The notes beneath the pieces were generated by a model. It searched no databases and had not been told where the DNA came from. It saw only the letters and a list, made by a program, of their open reading frames with translations. From contig CAJOGQ010000002.1 of NCBI GenBank assembly GCA_905234125.1, positions 455 through 64,454 on the forward strand: DNA of 64,000 nucleotides, read 5' to 3'. Shown piece by piece: positions 7,225 to 17,647 of the stretch. Each line of letters begins with the position of its first letter. The stretch's first letter is position 1. This DNA comes from an uncultured Bacteroidaceae bacterium. Lineage in GTDB: Bacteria > Bacteroidota > Bacteroidia > Bacteroidales > Bacteroidaceae. The position numbers were made by a program, and so were the translations under genes.

Positions 7225-9072
7225 ATGACCATAGAAGAGAAACTCATAGCAGGTGTACAGCAAGCCGTGAAGGCATTGTACGACCTCGACGCGACTGCTC
7301 AACAGGTGCAGTTGCAGAAGACCCGTGACGAATTTGAAGGACACCTCACCGTGGTGGTGTTCCCCTTTGTGAAAGCAGCCAGAAAGTCACCTGAAATGGT
7401 GGGTGAGGAGATAGGAAAATACCTCGTGGAGAATGTGAGTGATGTGGTGGCCAAATACAACGTTGTCAAGGGCTTCCTCAATCTCGTCATCAGCGATGCT
7501 CCTTGGATTGACCTGCTCAACCAGATCAACGCCGACCCAAAGTTCGGTTTCCTGCCTGTCACAGAGCAGAGTCCTTTGGTGATGATTGAATACTCATCGC
7601 CCAACACCAACAAGCCCCTTCACCTCGGCCACGTGCGCAACAACCTCCTTGGTTCTGCCCTTGCACGCATCGTCGAGGCCAATGGCAACAAGGTGGTGAA
7701 GACCAACATCGTCAACGACCGTGGCATCCACATCTGCAAGTCCATGCTCGCATGGCTCAAGTGGGGCAATGGCGAGACTCCTGAATCCTCTGGCAAGAAA
7801 GGCGACCACCTCATCGGCGACTACTACGTGGCCTTCGACAAGCATTATCGTGCTGAGTGTGCAGAACTGGCCAAGCAGTACGAAGCTGAGGGCATGAGTG
7901 CCGATGACGCCAAGGAGAAAGCCAAGCAGGAGGCTCCCCTCATCAAGGAAGCCCATGAGATGCTTGTCAAATGGGAGCAGAACGACCCTGAGGTGCGCAG
8001 TCTCTGGAAGAAGATGAACGAGTGGGTTTATGCCGGATTTGACGAGACCTACAAGATGATGGGCGTAAGCTTCGATAAGATCTATTATGAGTCAGACACC
8101 TACCTCGAAGGCAAGGAAAAGGTGATGGAGGGTCTTGAGAAAGGCTTATTCTATCGCCGCGAAGACGGTTCCGTGTGGGCTGACCTCACCAGCGAAGGGC
8201 TTGATGAGAAACTATTGTTGAGAAGTGACGGTACATCCGTCTACATGACGCAAGATATCGGCACCGCCAAACTTCGTTTCCAGGACTACCCCATTGACAA
8301 GATGATCTACGTGGTGGGCAACGAGCAGAACTACCACTTCCAGGTGCTCTCCATCCTGCTCGACAAACTTGGCTTCAAGTGGGGTAAAGATCTTGTCCAC
8401 TTCTCATACGGCATGGTGGAACTTCCCAACGGTAAGATGAAGAGCCGTGAAGGCACCGTAGTTGATGCCGACGACCTCATGGCCGCCATGATTGATGATG
8501 CTTACGAGGCCAGCAAGGAACGTGTGAAGCAGACTGATATGCCTGAAGAAGAAGCTCGTGAAGTGGCTCGCAAGGTAGGACTCGGAGCCCTCAAGTACTT
8601 TATCCTCAAAGTGGATGCACGCAAGAACATGCTCTTCAATCCTGAAGAGTCCATCGACTTCAACGGCAACACAGGTCCTTTCATCCAGTACACTTACGCA
8701 CGCATCGCCTCTATCCTGAGGAAGGCAAAGGATCAGGGAATCTTGGAGCAAGGTGCAAGTGGCAAGGAGCAAGAACTTTCGTCCAGCGCAGGGGCTGGTC
8801 AGCTCTCCACTAAGGAAACAGAGCTTATTCAGAAACTCAGCCAGTTCCCAGTGGCACTTCGTCAGGCAGGCACCGACTACAGTCCCTCTGGCATTTGCAA
8901 CTACTGCTACGAGCTCACCAAGGCCTTCAACCAGTTCTACCACGACTTCACCATCCTTGGCGAACAAAATGAAGACCTGCGTCAGTTCCGTCTCTCCCTG
9001 GCTAAAGCAGTAGCCAAGGTCATCAGTCTCGGCATGGGACTCTTAGGTATCGAGATGCCTGAGAGGATGTAA
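7225..9072 (+). CDS. argS: Arginine--tRNA ligase
   Basis: It has the class I HIGH motif (PNTNKPLHLGHVRN), the KMSKS-like motif GKMKSREG, and a DALR-type C-terminus ending in M. The start was trimmed to the ATG downstream of the promoter box. Confidence 0.9.
   Translation: MTIEEKLIAGVQQAVKALYDLDATAQQVQLQKTRDEFEGHLTVVVFPFVKAARKSPEMVGEEIGKYLVENVSDVVAKYNVVKGFLNLVISDAPWIDLLNQINADPKFGFLPVTEQSPLVMIEYSSPNTNKPLHLGHVRNNLLGSALARIVEANGNKVVKTNIVNDRGIHICKSMLAWLKWGNGETPESSGKKGDHLIGDYYVAFDKHYRAECAELAKQYEAEGMSADDAKEKAKQEAPLIKEAHEMLVKWEQNDPEVRSLWKKMNEWVYAGFDETYKMMGVSFDKIYYESDTYLEGKEKVMEGLEKGLFYRREDGSVWADLTSEGLDEKLLLRSDGTSVYMTQDIGTAKLRFQDYPIDKMIYVVGNEQNYHFQVLSILLDKLGFKWGKDLVHFSYGMVELPNGKMKSREGTVVDADDLMAAMIDDAYEASKERVKQTDMPEEEAREVARKVGLGALKYFILKVDARKNMLFNPEESIDFNGNTGPFIQYTYARIASILRKAKDQGILEQGASGKEQELSSSAGAGQLSTKETELIQKLSQFPVALRQAGTDYSPSGICNYCYELTKAFNQFYHDFTILGEQNEDLRQFRLSLAKAVAKVISLGMGLLGIEMPERM
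8745..8776. repeat. GRGCAAG-family heptamer array (4 units) in frame inside argS
   Basis: The sequence is GAGCAAG GTGCAAG TGGCAAG GAGCAAG (8746-8773), translated as EQGASGKEQE. Confidence 0.85.
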
Positions 9073-9075
9073 GCT

Positions 9076-9399
9076 TTAATTTTCCAACTGTTCGTTGTAC
9101 TCCAGCTCAGCGTCAACCAATAGTATCAAGGCATCGAGATCGTAGGGTCCCATGCCTTCTTTTTTTGCCTTCTTCTGGATGTGGCGGGCTATCTGCTCTG
9201 TGTCCACTTCGATATAGCCGTCGGCATCAGCCTCATCATTGAGGGTGTCGAGGTGTTCGAGCAACACATCGAGGCAGTAGTAGATGTCCTCTTCTGTGAA
9301 GCGTTCACGATTCTCCACTCCCATGTAGTTTTGGATGAAGGCAACCTCACGGGCATCCTCTTGGGCACCCTGGAGGATTTCGTCGTCTATGCTGGCCAT
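9076..9399 (-). CDS. Small acidic hypothetical protein
   Basis: 107-aa ORF. Its ATG overlaps the trxA stop by 1 nt (TGATG), which suggests translational coupling. I recognise no family. Confidence 0.6.
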   Translation of the reverse strand: MASIDDEILQGAQEDAREVAFIQNYMGVENRERFTEEDIYYCLDVLLEHLDTLNDEADADGYIEVDTEQIARHIQKKAKKEGMGPYDLDALILLVDAELEYNEQLEN

Positions 9400-9710
9400 C
9401 AGAGGAGTGCTTGAAGTTTTGCTTCGAGGGTGGGTTTGGGTGCTGCGCCAACCACTTTGTCCACCACTTCGCCGTTCTTCATGAAGACGATGGTGGGGAT
9501 GTTGCGGATGCCGAACTGTGCTACGAGTTCATCTGCATTTTCCTCGATGTTCACTTTGCCGACGATGACCTGACCTTCATACTGGTCTGCCAGTTGCTGA
9601 ATCACGGGACCTACCATGCGGCAAGGACCGCACCATGTTGCCCAGAAGTCGAGAACCATTGGCTTGTTCTGTGCCAATACTTCGCTGTAGTTTGAATCAT
9701 TGATTTCCAT
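9399..9710 (-). CDS. trxA: Thioredoxin
   Basis: It has the WCGPC active site. The start was trimmed to MEINDSNY (ATG at 9710) because the longer ORF overlaps the dnaE 3' end. Confidence 0.9.
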   Translation of the reverse strand: MEINDSNYSEVLAQNKPMVLDFWATWCGPCRMVGPVIQQLADQYEGQVIVGKVNIEENADELVAQFGIRNIPTIVFMKNGEVVDKVVGAAPKPTLEAKLQALL

Positions 9711-9738
9711 CACGTTGTTGTTTTTAGGGTTTATAATG

Positions 9739-12700
9739 TTAGTTGATACGTACATTGATGCCGACATTCTCGTATTCGCGGATATATCGGTCAAGCGTGC
9801 TGGTGAAACGCACCTTGGTGTTGCGTGACATCAGCGAGAGATGATTGCTGTCTGATGTGTGGATATTGAATACCAATTCGGCATCGCCTGGATTTTCACG
9901 CACGATTTCTGCCAAGTCTTCCACCATCGTTGAGGTAAGTTGGTCAAGGGGCACGTCTAAGGTGATTTTCTGTATCAGCTTGTCTTTCACCTCTGCCAGG
10001 AGTTCTACTGACTTGACATTGACGTTGAACAAGCCCGGCTTGTATCTGTGAGGTTCGACCTTGAGTCGGATGAAGAGGGATGTTCCTTCGACGAAGAAGT
10101 TGCGATAGTTCACCCAATCTGTGCCGAACAGCGCCAATTCTCCATTGCCTACAAAATCTTCCATTTTGACGATGCCATAGAGGTTTCCCGTCTTGGTCTC
10201 TCCCATGCGGACAGACGTGACGATGCCACCTACTGTTACTTCCTCCATCTTTGAGAGGGATTCCCTGTCTTCCAACTGGTTCATGTGGGTGTTGCACACA
10301 TAGTTGAGGATGGTTGAATACTCATCTAACGGGTGTGCCGAGAGATAGATGCCCACCAATTCACGCTCTTTGTTCAGGCGTTCGAGGTTGCCCCATGCTA
10401 CCACATTCTTGGGAATGGGTGGATGACTTACGGTGATGTCCATCCCTCCAAAAAGGGAGGTCTGTGCTTGGAATTTGTCTTGTTGGAAATTGTTGCCATA
10501 GCGCACCATCACATCGAGGAAGTTCTCTCCTGAGCGTTGTCCTGGTGCAAAGAAAGCCTCACGGCTGATGTCCTTGAAACTGTCGAAAGCACCTGCAACG
10601 ATCAGATTCTCAATATTCTTCTTGTTGCATTGCGAGAGGTTCACGCGCTCAAAGAAATCGTAGAAAGAGGTGTATGGGCCATTCTTCTCCCGTTCTTCGA
10701 TGATGGCTTGTACAGCCGATTCACCCACACCCTTGATGGCTGCCATTCCAAAACGGATATCACCCTCAAAGTTGACAGAGAACTTATGACGCGATTCATT
10801 CACATCTGGCCCTAACGTGTTGATGCCCATCTGTTTGCACTCGTCCATCAACTTACGGATTTCCGTGATGTTGTCGAGCGAACGACTCATCACAGCCGCC
10901 ATGAACTGAGAAGGGAAATTGGCCTTGAAGTAGGCTGTCTGATAAGCCACCCATGAGTAGCAGGTGGCATGGGATTTGTTGAAGGCATAAGAGGCGAATT
11001 TCTCCCAGTCACTCCAGATTTTATCCAGTATTTTGGGGTCATGCCCATTCTTCTTTCCACCTTCGATGAACTTGGGCTTCATGGCATCAACGATGTCCTT
11101 CTTTTTCTTACCCATTGCCTTACGGAGTGCATCACTCTCACCTCGAGTGAAGTCAGCCAACTGACGTGACAACAACATCACCTGCTCCTGATAGACCGTG
11201 ATTCCGTACGTGTCCTTCAGGTACTTCTCCATGCAGGGGATATCGTAGGTGATTTCCTTTCTGCCCTGCTTTCTGTCGATGAAATCAGGGATGTAGTCCA
11301 TAGGGCCAGGACGATAAAGCGCATTCATGGCAATCAGATCCTCGAAGACGGTAGGTTGCAATTCACGAAGATATTTCTGCATGCCAGCAGACTCAAACTG
11401 GAACGTGCCAATCGTGCGACCATCACAATAGAGTTGATAAGTGGCAGGGTCAGTGATGTCGAAGAGGTCAACATCAACGTCTATACCCAAACTCTCCTTC
11501 ACATTTTCCACAGCCTCCTTGAGTTGAGAGAGCGTCTTCAGCCCCAAGAAGTCCATCTTGATGAGTCCTGTCTCTTCAATCACGTGTCCGTCATACTGCG
11601 TACACCTTACTTTTTCGCCTGTATCCTTATCATCAGCCGTACTCACAGGTACCCAATCATCGATGGCATCACGACAGATGATGGTGCCACAAGCATGCAC
11701 ACCCGTGCTGCGCACATTGTTTTCCAACATCTGGGCGAAGCGCATCGTATCTCTCAACAAGGGGTCAGGCGAAGTGGCCGCCTCCTTCAGTTCGGGTACA
11801 CACTCTATGGCATTGGGGATGGACATCTTTTTGCCCGTTGGCAATTTGTCAGGGATGGCTTTACACAACGCATTCGCTGTGGCCAAAGGCACTTTCTGCA
11901 CACGTGCCACATCCTTGATGGCACTTTTGGTGGCCATCGTGCCATAAGTAATAATATGTGCCACCTTCTCGGCTCCATATTTCTCCGTGACCCATTGCAA
12001 CACCTTGCCACGTCCATCATCATCGAAATCCGTATCAATATCGGGGAGGGAGATACGGTCAGGATTGAGGAAACGCTCAAACAGCAAGTCATATTTGATG
12101 GGGTCTATCTTCGTTATGCCTAAGCAATAAGCCACAGCGCTGCCTGCTGCTGAACCACGTCCTGGTCCAACCCAAACGCCCAATTCCTTACGGGCAGAAT
12201 TGATGAAGTCCTGCACAATGAGGAAGTAACCTGGGAAACCCATCGTCTTCATCACGTGCAACTCAAAGTCAAGCAGGGTCTTCACATTTTCTGGGATAGG
12301 GTCACCATAGAGCCGTTTCGCACCTTCGTATGTGATGGCTTTCAGATAGTCGGCCTCGAACTTGATGCGATACAATTTGTCGATGCCCCCCAATTTCTTA
12401 ATCTTCTTCTCGGCTTCCTCCTGCGACAGCACCACATTGCCATTCTCATCGCGAGTGAACTCGTTGAAGATGTCCTCATCGGTAAATTTCCTTCGCCACT
12501 CCTCTTCCGTTCCAAACTCCTCTGGAATGGCGAAGAAGGGCATGATGGGTGCATGGTCAATGCTGTAGGTTTCCACCTTATCAAGAATCTCCAGCGTATT
12601 GCTCAAGGCTTCAGGGATGTCCTTGAACACCTCATTCATCTCCTCCTTCGTCTTGAACCACTCCTGTTTGCTGTAGAGCATGCGATTGGGGTCATCCAGA

Positions 12701-13446
12701 TCCTTGCCAGTGGAAAGGCAAAGCAAACGGTCGTGTGCCTCTGCATTTTCCTCGTCAACAAAATGGGTGTCGTTCGTGCAGATCAGTTTCACCCCATGCT
12801 TGCGAGCCAACTCTATCAGAGTCGGTTCGATGGCCTTCTGCTCCTTATACACATCACGATTAGCACGTTGCATGGGGTCTTTTACCTCATGGCGCATCAG
12901 TTCGATGTAGAAATCATCACCAAAGAGTCCTTTGAACCATTCGATGGATTTCTCAGCTTCCTCTATCTGACCATTGGCGACATAACGGGGGATTTCACCA
13001 GCCAAGCAGGCTGACGAGACAATCAGACCTTCGTGGTGCTTCTCGATGGACTTGTGGTCAGTACGAGGACGATGGTAGTAACCATCTACCCACGCCTCGC
13101 TGACAATCTTGATCAGATTGTGATAGCCCACTTCGTTCTTGGCCAGCAGAATCAAGTGCCATCCGCTTTTGTCAAGCGCATTGTTTTCTTTCGAATGAAG
13201 GTCACGACGTGCACAATACACTTCACACCCAAAGATTGGCTTGAATTTCTCCTCATCCGACTTCTTGCTGTTCACTTTGTTGCAATAGTTGAAGAATTCT
13301 TTGATGCCAAACATATTGCCATGATCAGTCACAGCCATGCCACGCATTCCGTTTTTGATGGCCTTCTCCACCAATGCCGGAATGGCAGCCTGTCCGTCGA
13401 GGATGCTATACTGAGTATGAACGTGCAAGTGTACGAAATCTTCCAT
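9739..13446 (-). CDS. dnaE: DNA polymerase III alpha subunit
   Basis: 1235-aa ORF with an N-terminal PHP domain (HLHVHTQYSILDG), a polymerase core and an OB fold. Confidence 0.95.
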   Translation of the reverse strand: MEDFVHLHVHTQYSILDGQAAIPALVEKAIKNGMRGMAVTDHGNMFGIKEFFNYCNKVNSKKSDEEKFKPIFGCEVYCARRDLHSKENNALDKSGWHLILLAKNEVGYHNLIKIVSEAWVDGYYHRPRTDHKSIEKHHEGLIVSSACLAGEIPRYVANGQIEEAEKSIEWFKGLFGDDFYIELMRHEVKDPMQRANRDVYKEQKAIEPTLIELARKHGVKLICTNDTHFVDEENAEAHDRLLCLSTGKDLDDPNRMLYSKQEWFKTKEEMNEVFKDIPEALSNTLEILDKVETYSIDHAPIMPFFAIPEEFGTEEEWRRKFTDEDIFNEFTRDENGNVVLSQEEAEKKIKKLGGIDKLYRIKFEADYLKAITYEGAKRLYGDPIPENVKTLLDFELHVMKTMGFPGYFLIVQDFINSARKELGVWVGPGRGSAAGSAVAYCLGITKIDPIKYDLLFERFLNPDRISLPDIDTDFDDDGRGKVLQWVTEKYGAEKVAHIITYGTMATKSAIKDVARVQKVPLATANALCKAIPDKLPTGKKMSIPNAIECVPELKEAATSPDPLLRDTMRFAQMLENNVRSTGVHACGTIICRDAIDDWVPVSTADDKDTGEKVRCTQYDGHVIEETGLIKMDFLGLKTLSQLKEAVENVKESLGIDVDVDLFDITDPATYQLYCDGRTIGTFQFESAGMQKYLRELQPTVFEDLIAMNALYRPGPMDYIPDFIDRKQGRKEITYDIPCMEKYLKDTYGITVYQEQVMLLSRQLADFTRGESDALRKAMGKKKKDIVDAMKPKFIEGGKKNGHDPKILDKIWSDWEKFASYAFNKSHATCYSWVAYQTAYFKANFPSQFMAAVMSRSLDNITEIRKLMDECKQMGINTLGPDVNESRHKFSVNFEGDIRFGMAAIKGVGESAVQAIIEEREKNGPYTSFYDFFERVNLSQCNKKNIENLIVAGAFDSFKDISREAFFAPGQRSGENFLDVMVRYGNNFQQDKFQAQTSLFGGMDITVSHPPIPKNVVAWGNLERLNKERELVGIYLSAHPLDEYSTILNYVCNTHMNQLEDRESLSKMEEVTVGGIVTSVRMGETKTGNLYGIVKMEDFVGNGELALFGTDWVNYRNFFVEGTSLFIRLKVEPHRYKPGLFNVNVKSVELLAEVKDKLIQKITLDVPLDQLTSTMVEDLAEIVRENPGDAELVFNIHTSDSNHLSLMSRNTKVRFTSTLDRYIREYENVGINVRIN

Positions 13447-13463
13447 TCTTTTCTATTTTGGTG

Positions 13464-13471
13464 CAAAGATA
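13464..13471 (-). promoter_or_regulatory. -7 promoter box (TATCTTTG on the minus strand)
   Basis: It lies 18 nt upstream of the dnaE ATG. Confidence 0.5.
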
Positions 13472-13515
13472 ATCATTTTTTTGATTTCTTTTGTTGTTTA
13501 ATGCTCGTTTTTGCC

Positions 13516-13523
13516 TAACTTTG
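13516..13523 (+). promoter_or_regulatory. -7 promoter box (TAACTTTG)
   Basis: It ends 2 nt before the ORF-track ATG at 13525, which makes that start implausible. The next in-frame ATG is at 13552. Confidence 0.5.
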
Positions 13524-13551
13524 CATGAAATTCGTAAGAAAAAAGCAAGTT

Positions 13552-15066
13552 ATGCCACAAGCGTTGACTCAAACCCAAACTCAAAAGATGGAGCAACAGC
13601 TCCGTCTTTCGCAACAGCAACTTCAACTAGTCAAACTGTTGGAGATGCCTATTGCTGAGTTTGAGCAACAGGTGAAGAAAGAATTGATGGAGAATCCGGC
13701 ATTGGAAGAAGGGATGCCCGAAGAGCCTGAGAATGAGAAGGATGTTGATGCCATCGATGGAAGCGACATCAACGACACAGGCGAAGACCCTTACAGCGAT
13801 GATGAAAGTGGAACATTGACTGACCTTACGGCCTACAGCGATGATGATTTGCCCATCTACACAGCTAATAATGGGTCGGAAGAACGAAAAGACCTTCCAT
13901 TGGGCGACAATGGCTCTTTCATTGAGTATTTAGAGTCGCAGATGATGAATTACAACTTGAGCGAAGATGAGGAGAAAATCTTGAAATATTTGATAGGCTC
14001 ATTGGACAATCGTGGCTTTATAGACCGTTCTCTCTCTACATTGACCGACGAGTTGGCATTCCAGGAATATCTGTATGTGTCGGAGAAGGAGGTGGAACGG
14101 GTTTTGCGAATCTTGCAGAGTTTTGACCCTGCCGGCATTGGCGCACGCTCCACACAGGAGTGTCTCTTGTTGCAGATAGACCGCCAACTGAACAATGAAG
14201 AGGAACCCATATCAGAACTGAAAGAGAAGATCTTGCGATTGGAACGGAATATCATCGCCAACCACTACGACCTTTTCATCAACAAGAACAAGGAACGGTT
14301 GAAGAATAAACTGGGCATTTCGGCCATGCAGGTGGATGCGCTTTTCGATGACATCAAGAAACTGAATGTCAATCCTGGTTTTGCCTTGAGCGAATCATCG
14401 TCAGACCGAGTACAGACCAGAATACCTGATTTCATCATAGAGACCGACCCTGAAGGGGATATCCAAATGAGGTTGAACAGTGGTGAGGTGCCAAGATTGT
14501 ATGTCGGCAAGGATTATCTCAATCAGTTGAAGGCCTATCAGACACATCCCAACAAGATGACCCGTAGCGAGAAGGAGGGGATGCTCTATACCCGTCAGAA
14601 GATTGAGTCGGCACAGATGTTCATTGAATCGGTGAAGCAACGTCGTCGAACTCTTTATGAAACGATGAAAGCCATCATTGACCTGCAACATACGTTCTTC
14701 CTCACGAAAGATGAGGATGACAAGGTGCGTCTTGTTTTGGAGGATGTGGCAAAGAAGACTGGATATGATGTTTCAACGATCTCACGTGTCTGCAATTCAA
14801 AATGTGCGTTGTTGGATGGGCACATCTATCCGTTGTCTGATTTCTTCAAATTGACCCGCAAGAACGCGTCAGGCGAAGAGATTGATGGGCATCAGGTGAA
14901 AACGATGTTGGAAGAGATTGTCAACGGGGAGAACAAGATGAATCCGTACACGGATGACCAGATTGTGGAACAGATGAAACTGCGAGGTGTGACATTAGCC
15001 CGTCGCACCATCGCAAAGTACAGAATAGAGTTGGGCATTCCACCTGTGGGGAGCCGACGTGGGTAA
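13552..15066 (+). CDS. rpoN: RNA polymerase sigma-54 factor
   Basis: It has a Gln-rich N-terminus (QLRLSQQQLQL), an acidic linker and the C-terminal RpoN box ARRTIAKYR. Confidence 0.9.
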   Translation: MPQALTQTQTQKMEQQLRLSQQQLQLVKLLEMPIAEFEQQVKKELMENPALEEGMPEEPENEKDVDAIDGSDINDTGEDPYSDDESGTLTDLTAYSDDDLPIYTANNGSEERKDLPLGDNGSFIEYLESQMMNYNLSEDEEKILKYLIGSLDNRGFIDRSLSTLTDELAFQEYLYVSEKEVERVLRILQSFDPAGIGARSTQECLLLQIDRQLNNEEEPISELKEKILRLERNIIANHYDLFINKNKERLKNKLGISAMQVDALFDDIKKLNVNPGFALSESSSDRVQTRIPDFIIETDPEGDIQMRLNSGEVPRLYVGKDYLNQLKAYQTHPNKMTRSEKEGMLYTRQKIESAQMFIESVKQRRRTLYETMKAIIDLQHTFFLTKDEDDKVRLVLEDVAKKTGYDVSTISRVCNSKCALLDGHIYPLSDFFKLTRKNASGEEIDGHQVKTMLEEIVNGENKMNPYTDDQIVEQMKLRGVTLARRTIAKYRIELGIPPVGSRRG

Positions 15067-15081
15067 ATTGTATAGAAAAAG

Positions 15082-15699
15082 ATGGACAATAAAAGACTGA
15101 TACGAACAGCAAAAGTGATTTCTTCCCTTTTCATGCCCTTGTACGCCCCCATCTGGGTGTTCGTAGGGCTGTTTCTGTTCAGTTACCTGCAGATGTTGCC
15201 CTGGGGCTACAAATTGTTCATTTTGGTGCTGGTGTATTTGTTCACCATCTTTATTCCCACTATGGGTATCACGACCTTCCGTTTATTCAAGAAGTGGACG
15301 CACCTCGAGCTGAGTCATCGTGAACACCGTCACCTGCCCTACGTCGTCACTTTGTTTAGCTATGGTGCCTGTCTGGTGATTATGACGAAGATGAACACAG
15401 CCATGTTCTTCAGGGGCATCGTGATGGCTGCACTCATCTCACAAATCATCTGTGTCACCATCAATGCGTGGTGGAAAGTGAGCACCCACATGGTGGGCAT
15501 GGGTGGCTTGGTGGGAGCACTCAATGCGTTCAGTATCTTGTTCTTCTACAACCCCGTTTGGCCTTTCTGCGCCTTACTGCTGTTGTCGGGGGCATTAGGT
15601 ACCAGTCGCATCATTCTTCGACAGCATAGTCTTGCGCAAGTGCTGGTGGGCTTTGCCATCGGCTATGTGTGTGCCATGACTTTCATCCTAATAATATAA
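15082..15699 (+). CDS. PAP2-family membrane phosphatase
   Basis: 205-aa polytopic membrane ORF with the PAP2-like motifs STH and SRIILRQHSLAQV. Confidence 0.65.
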   Translation: MDNKRLIRTAKVISSLFMPLYAPIWVFVGLFLFSYLQMLPWGYKLFILVLVYLFTIFIPTMGITTFRLFKKWTHLELSHREHRHLPYVVTLFSYGACLVIMTKMNTAMFFRGIVMAALISQIICVTINAWWKVSTHMVGMGGLVGALNAFSILFFYNPVWPFCALLLLSGALGTSRIILRQHSLAQVLVGFAIGYVCAMTFILII

Positions 15700-15705
15700 A
15701 AGTAT

Positions 15706-16215
15706 ATGAAACCAATTGTTTCCATCATTATGGGCAGTACGTCCGACCTTCCAGTTATGGAGAAGGCTGCCAAGTTTTTTGATGAAATGGAGATTCCATT
15801 CGAAATCAACGCATTGTCGGCACATCGCACTCCTGATGCTGTTGAGGCTTTTGCTAAAGGAGCCAAGGAACGTGGCATCAAGGTGATCATTGCAGGTGCA
15901 GGTATGGCAGCTGCACTTCCAGGTGTGATTGCCGCCAGCACTACATTGCCTGTCATTGGTGTACCCGTGAAGGGTAGTGTGTTGGATGGTGTGGATGCCG
16001 TCTATTCCATGTTGCAGATGCCTCCAGGCATTCCTGTGGCAACAGTTGCCATCAATGGTGCCCTCAATGCAGGCATCTTGGCTGTGCAGATGTTGGCACT
16101 CTCCGATGAGGCGCTGGCAGAGAAGTTTGCTGCCTACAAAAACGGACTTCGCCAGAAGATTGAGAAGGCAAATGCCGAACTGAAGGAGGTGAAGTTTGCT
16201 TATAAATGTAACTGA
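15706..16215 (+). CDS. purE: 5-(carboxyamino)imidazole ribonucleotide mutase
   Basis: 169-aa ORF with the typical PurE motifs IIMGSTSD and SAHRTP. Confidence 0.9.
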   Translation: MKPIVSIIMGSTSDLPVMEKAAKFFDEMEIPFEINALSAHRTPDAVEAFAKGAKERGIKVIIAGAGMAAALPGVIAASTTLPVIGVPVKGSVLDGVDAVYSMLQMPPGIPVATVAINGALNAGILAVQMLALSDEALAEKFAAYKNGLRQKIEKANAELKEVKFAYKCN

Positions 16216-16227
16216 TTCATTGATTTT

Positions 16228-17628
16228 ATGAGTTATCAGAGAAGAAGAACGACAGACGTGAACGTGGGAGGCGTGATGATTGGAAGCCATTACCCCATCC
16301 GTGTGCAGTCGATGGCCAATACCTCCACGATGGACACAGAGGGTTCTGTGGCACAAGCCAAGCGCATCATCGATGCAGGTGGTGAACTTGTGCGTTTCAC
16401 CACCCAAGGTCAACGTGAGGCACTCAATATGCGCAACATCAGCGATGCCCTACGTGCTGATGGTTACACAGCCCCATTGGTGGCAGATGTTCACTTCAAT
16501 GCCACTGTGGCTGACACCGCTGCCACCATCTGCGAGAAGGTGCGCATCAATCCAGGCAACTATGTAGACCCTGCCCGCACGTTCAAGAAGTTGGAATATA
16601 CCGATGCCGAGTATGCTGATGAAATCAAGAAGATTGACGAACGCTTCGTTCCCTTCCTCAACATCTGCAAGGAGCATCACACAGCCATCCGCATCGGCGT
16701 GAATCATGGATCGCTGAGCGACCGCATCATGTCCCGTTATGGTGACACACCTGCTGGTATGGTGGAGTCGTGCATGGAATTTCTGCGCATTTGTGTTCGT
16801 GAGCATTTCCCCGATGTGGTCATCTCCATCAAGGCGAGCAACACGGTGGTGATGGTGACGACAGTTCGCCTGTTGGTGGCTGAGATGGAGAAGGAAGGAA
16901 TGGCTTTCCCCTTGCATTTGGGCGTGACTGAAGCAGGAGAGGGTGAAGACGGACGCATCAAGAGTGCTGTGGGTATTGGTGCTTTGCTTTGCGAAGGCAT
17001 AGGTGACACCATCCGTGTGTCCCTGTCAGAAGCTCCAGAACGCGAGATTCCTGTAGCCAAGAAACTGGTTGATTCCATTGAGGAATGTGCCCAGTTGAGA
17101 GCACAGGCCAAAGCTTCGATTGCCAACGATACGGTGACCATCGAGTTCCATGAGAAGAATTGGGAGGACTTGCAACTGAAAGCCGCCATGACGGTAGGTG
17201 CTCTGTTCATCGACCAACTTGCTCATCAACTCGTCATCAAGAATGAAGGCTTCGCTGAGGAGAAACTGACGGAGCTGGCAGATGGCATCCTGCAAGCCAC
17301 ACGCATCAAGTTCACCAAGACGGAATACATCAGTTGTCCTGGTTGTGGACGTACCCTCTACAATTTGGAGGAGACCATTGCCAAGATTCGTTCTGCTGTG
17401 AGCGAGCGTGCCAAGACTGACAAGCGTTTCGCCACCCTGAAGATTGGCATCATGGGATGCATCGTGAATGGGCCTGGCGAGATGGCTGATGCCGACTACG
17501 GCTATGTGGGTGCTGGAGTGGGCAAGGTGTCGCTCTACAAGCAGAAGACTTGTATCGAGAAGAATATTCCAGAGGCAGAAGCTGTAGAACGGCTGATGCA
17601 ATTTATAGAGAATGATTTGAATTGTTAA
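16228..17628 (+). CDS. ispG: 4-hydroxy-3-methylbut-2-en-1-yl diphosphate synthase
   Basis: It has a TIM-barrel N-domain (IRVQSM, INPGN) and a C-terminal Fe-S domain (CPGCGRT ... GCIVNGPGE), with an inserted middle segment. Confidence 0.9.
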   Translation: MSYQRRRTTDVNVGGVMIGSHYPIRVQSMANTSTMDTEGSVAQAKRIIDAGGELVRFTTQGQREALNMRNISDALRADGYTAPLVADVHFNATVADTAATICEKVRINPGNYVDPARTFKKLEYTDAEYADEIKKIDERFVPFLNICKEHHTAIRIGVNHGSLSDRIMSRYGDTPAGMVESCMEFLRICVREHFPDVVISIKASNTVVMVTTVRLLVAEMEKEGMAFPLHLGVTEAGEGEDGRIKSAVGIGALLCEGIGDTIRVSLSEAPEREIPVAKKLVDSIEECAQLRAQAKASIANDTVTIEFHEKNWEDLQLKAAMTVGALFIDQLAHQLVIKNEGFAEEKLTELADGILQATRIKFTKTEYISCPGCGRTLYNLEETIAKIRSAVSERAKTDKRFATLKIGIMGCIVNGPGEMADADYGYVGAGVGKVSLYKQKTCIEKNIPEAEAVERLMQFIENDLNC

Positions 17629-17647
17629 ATATAAAAATGTGAAATGT

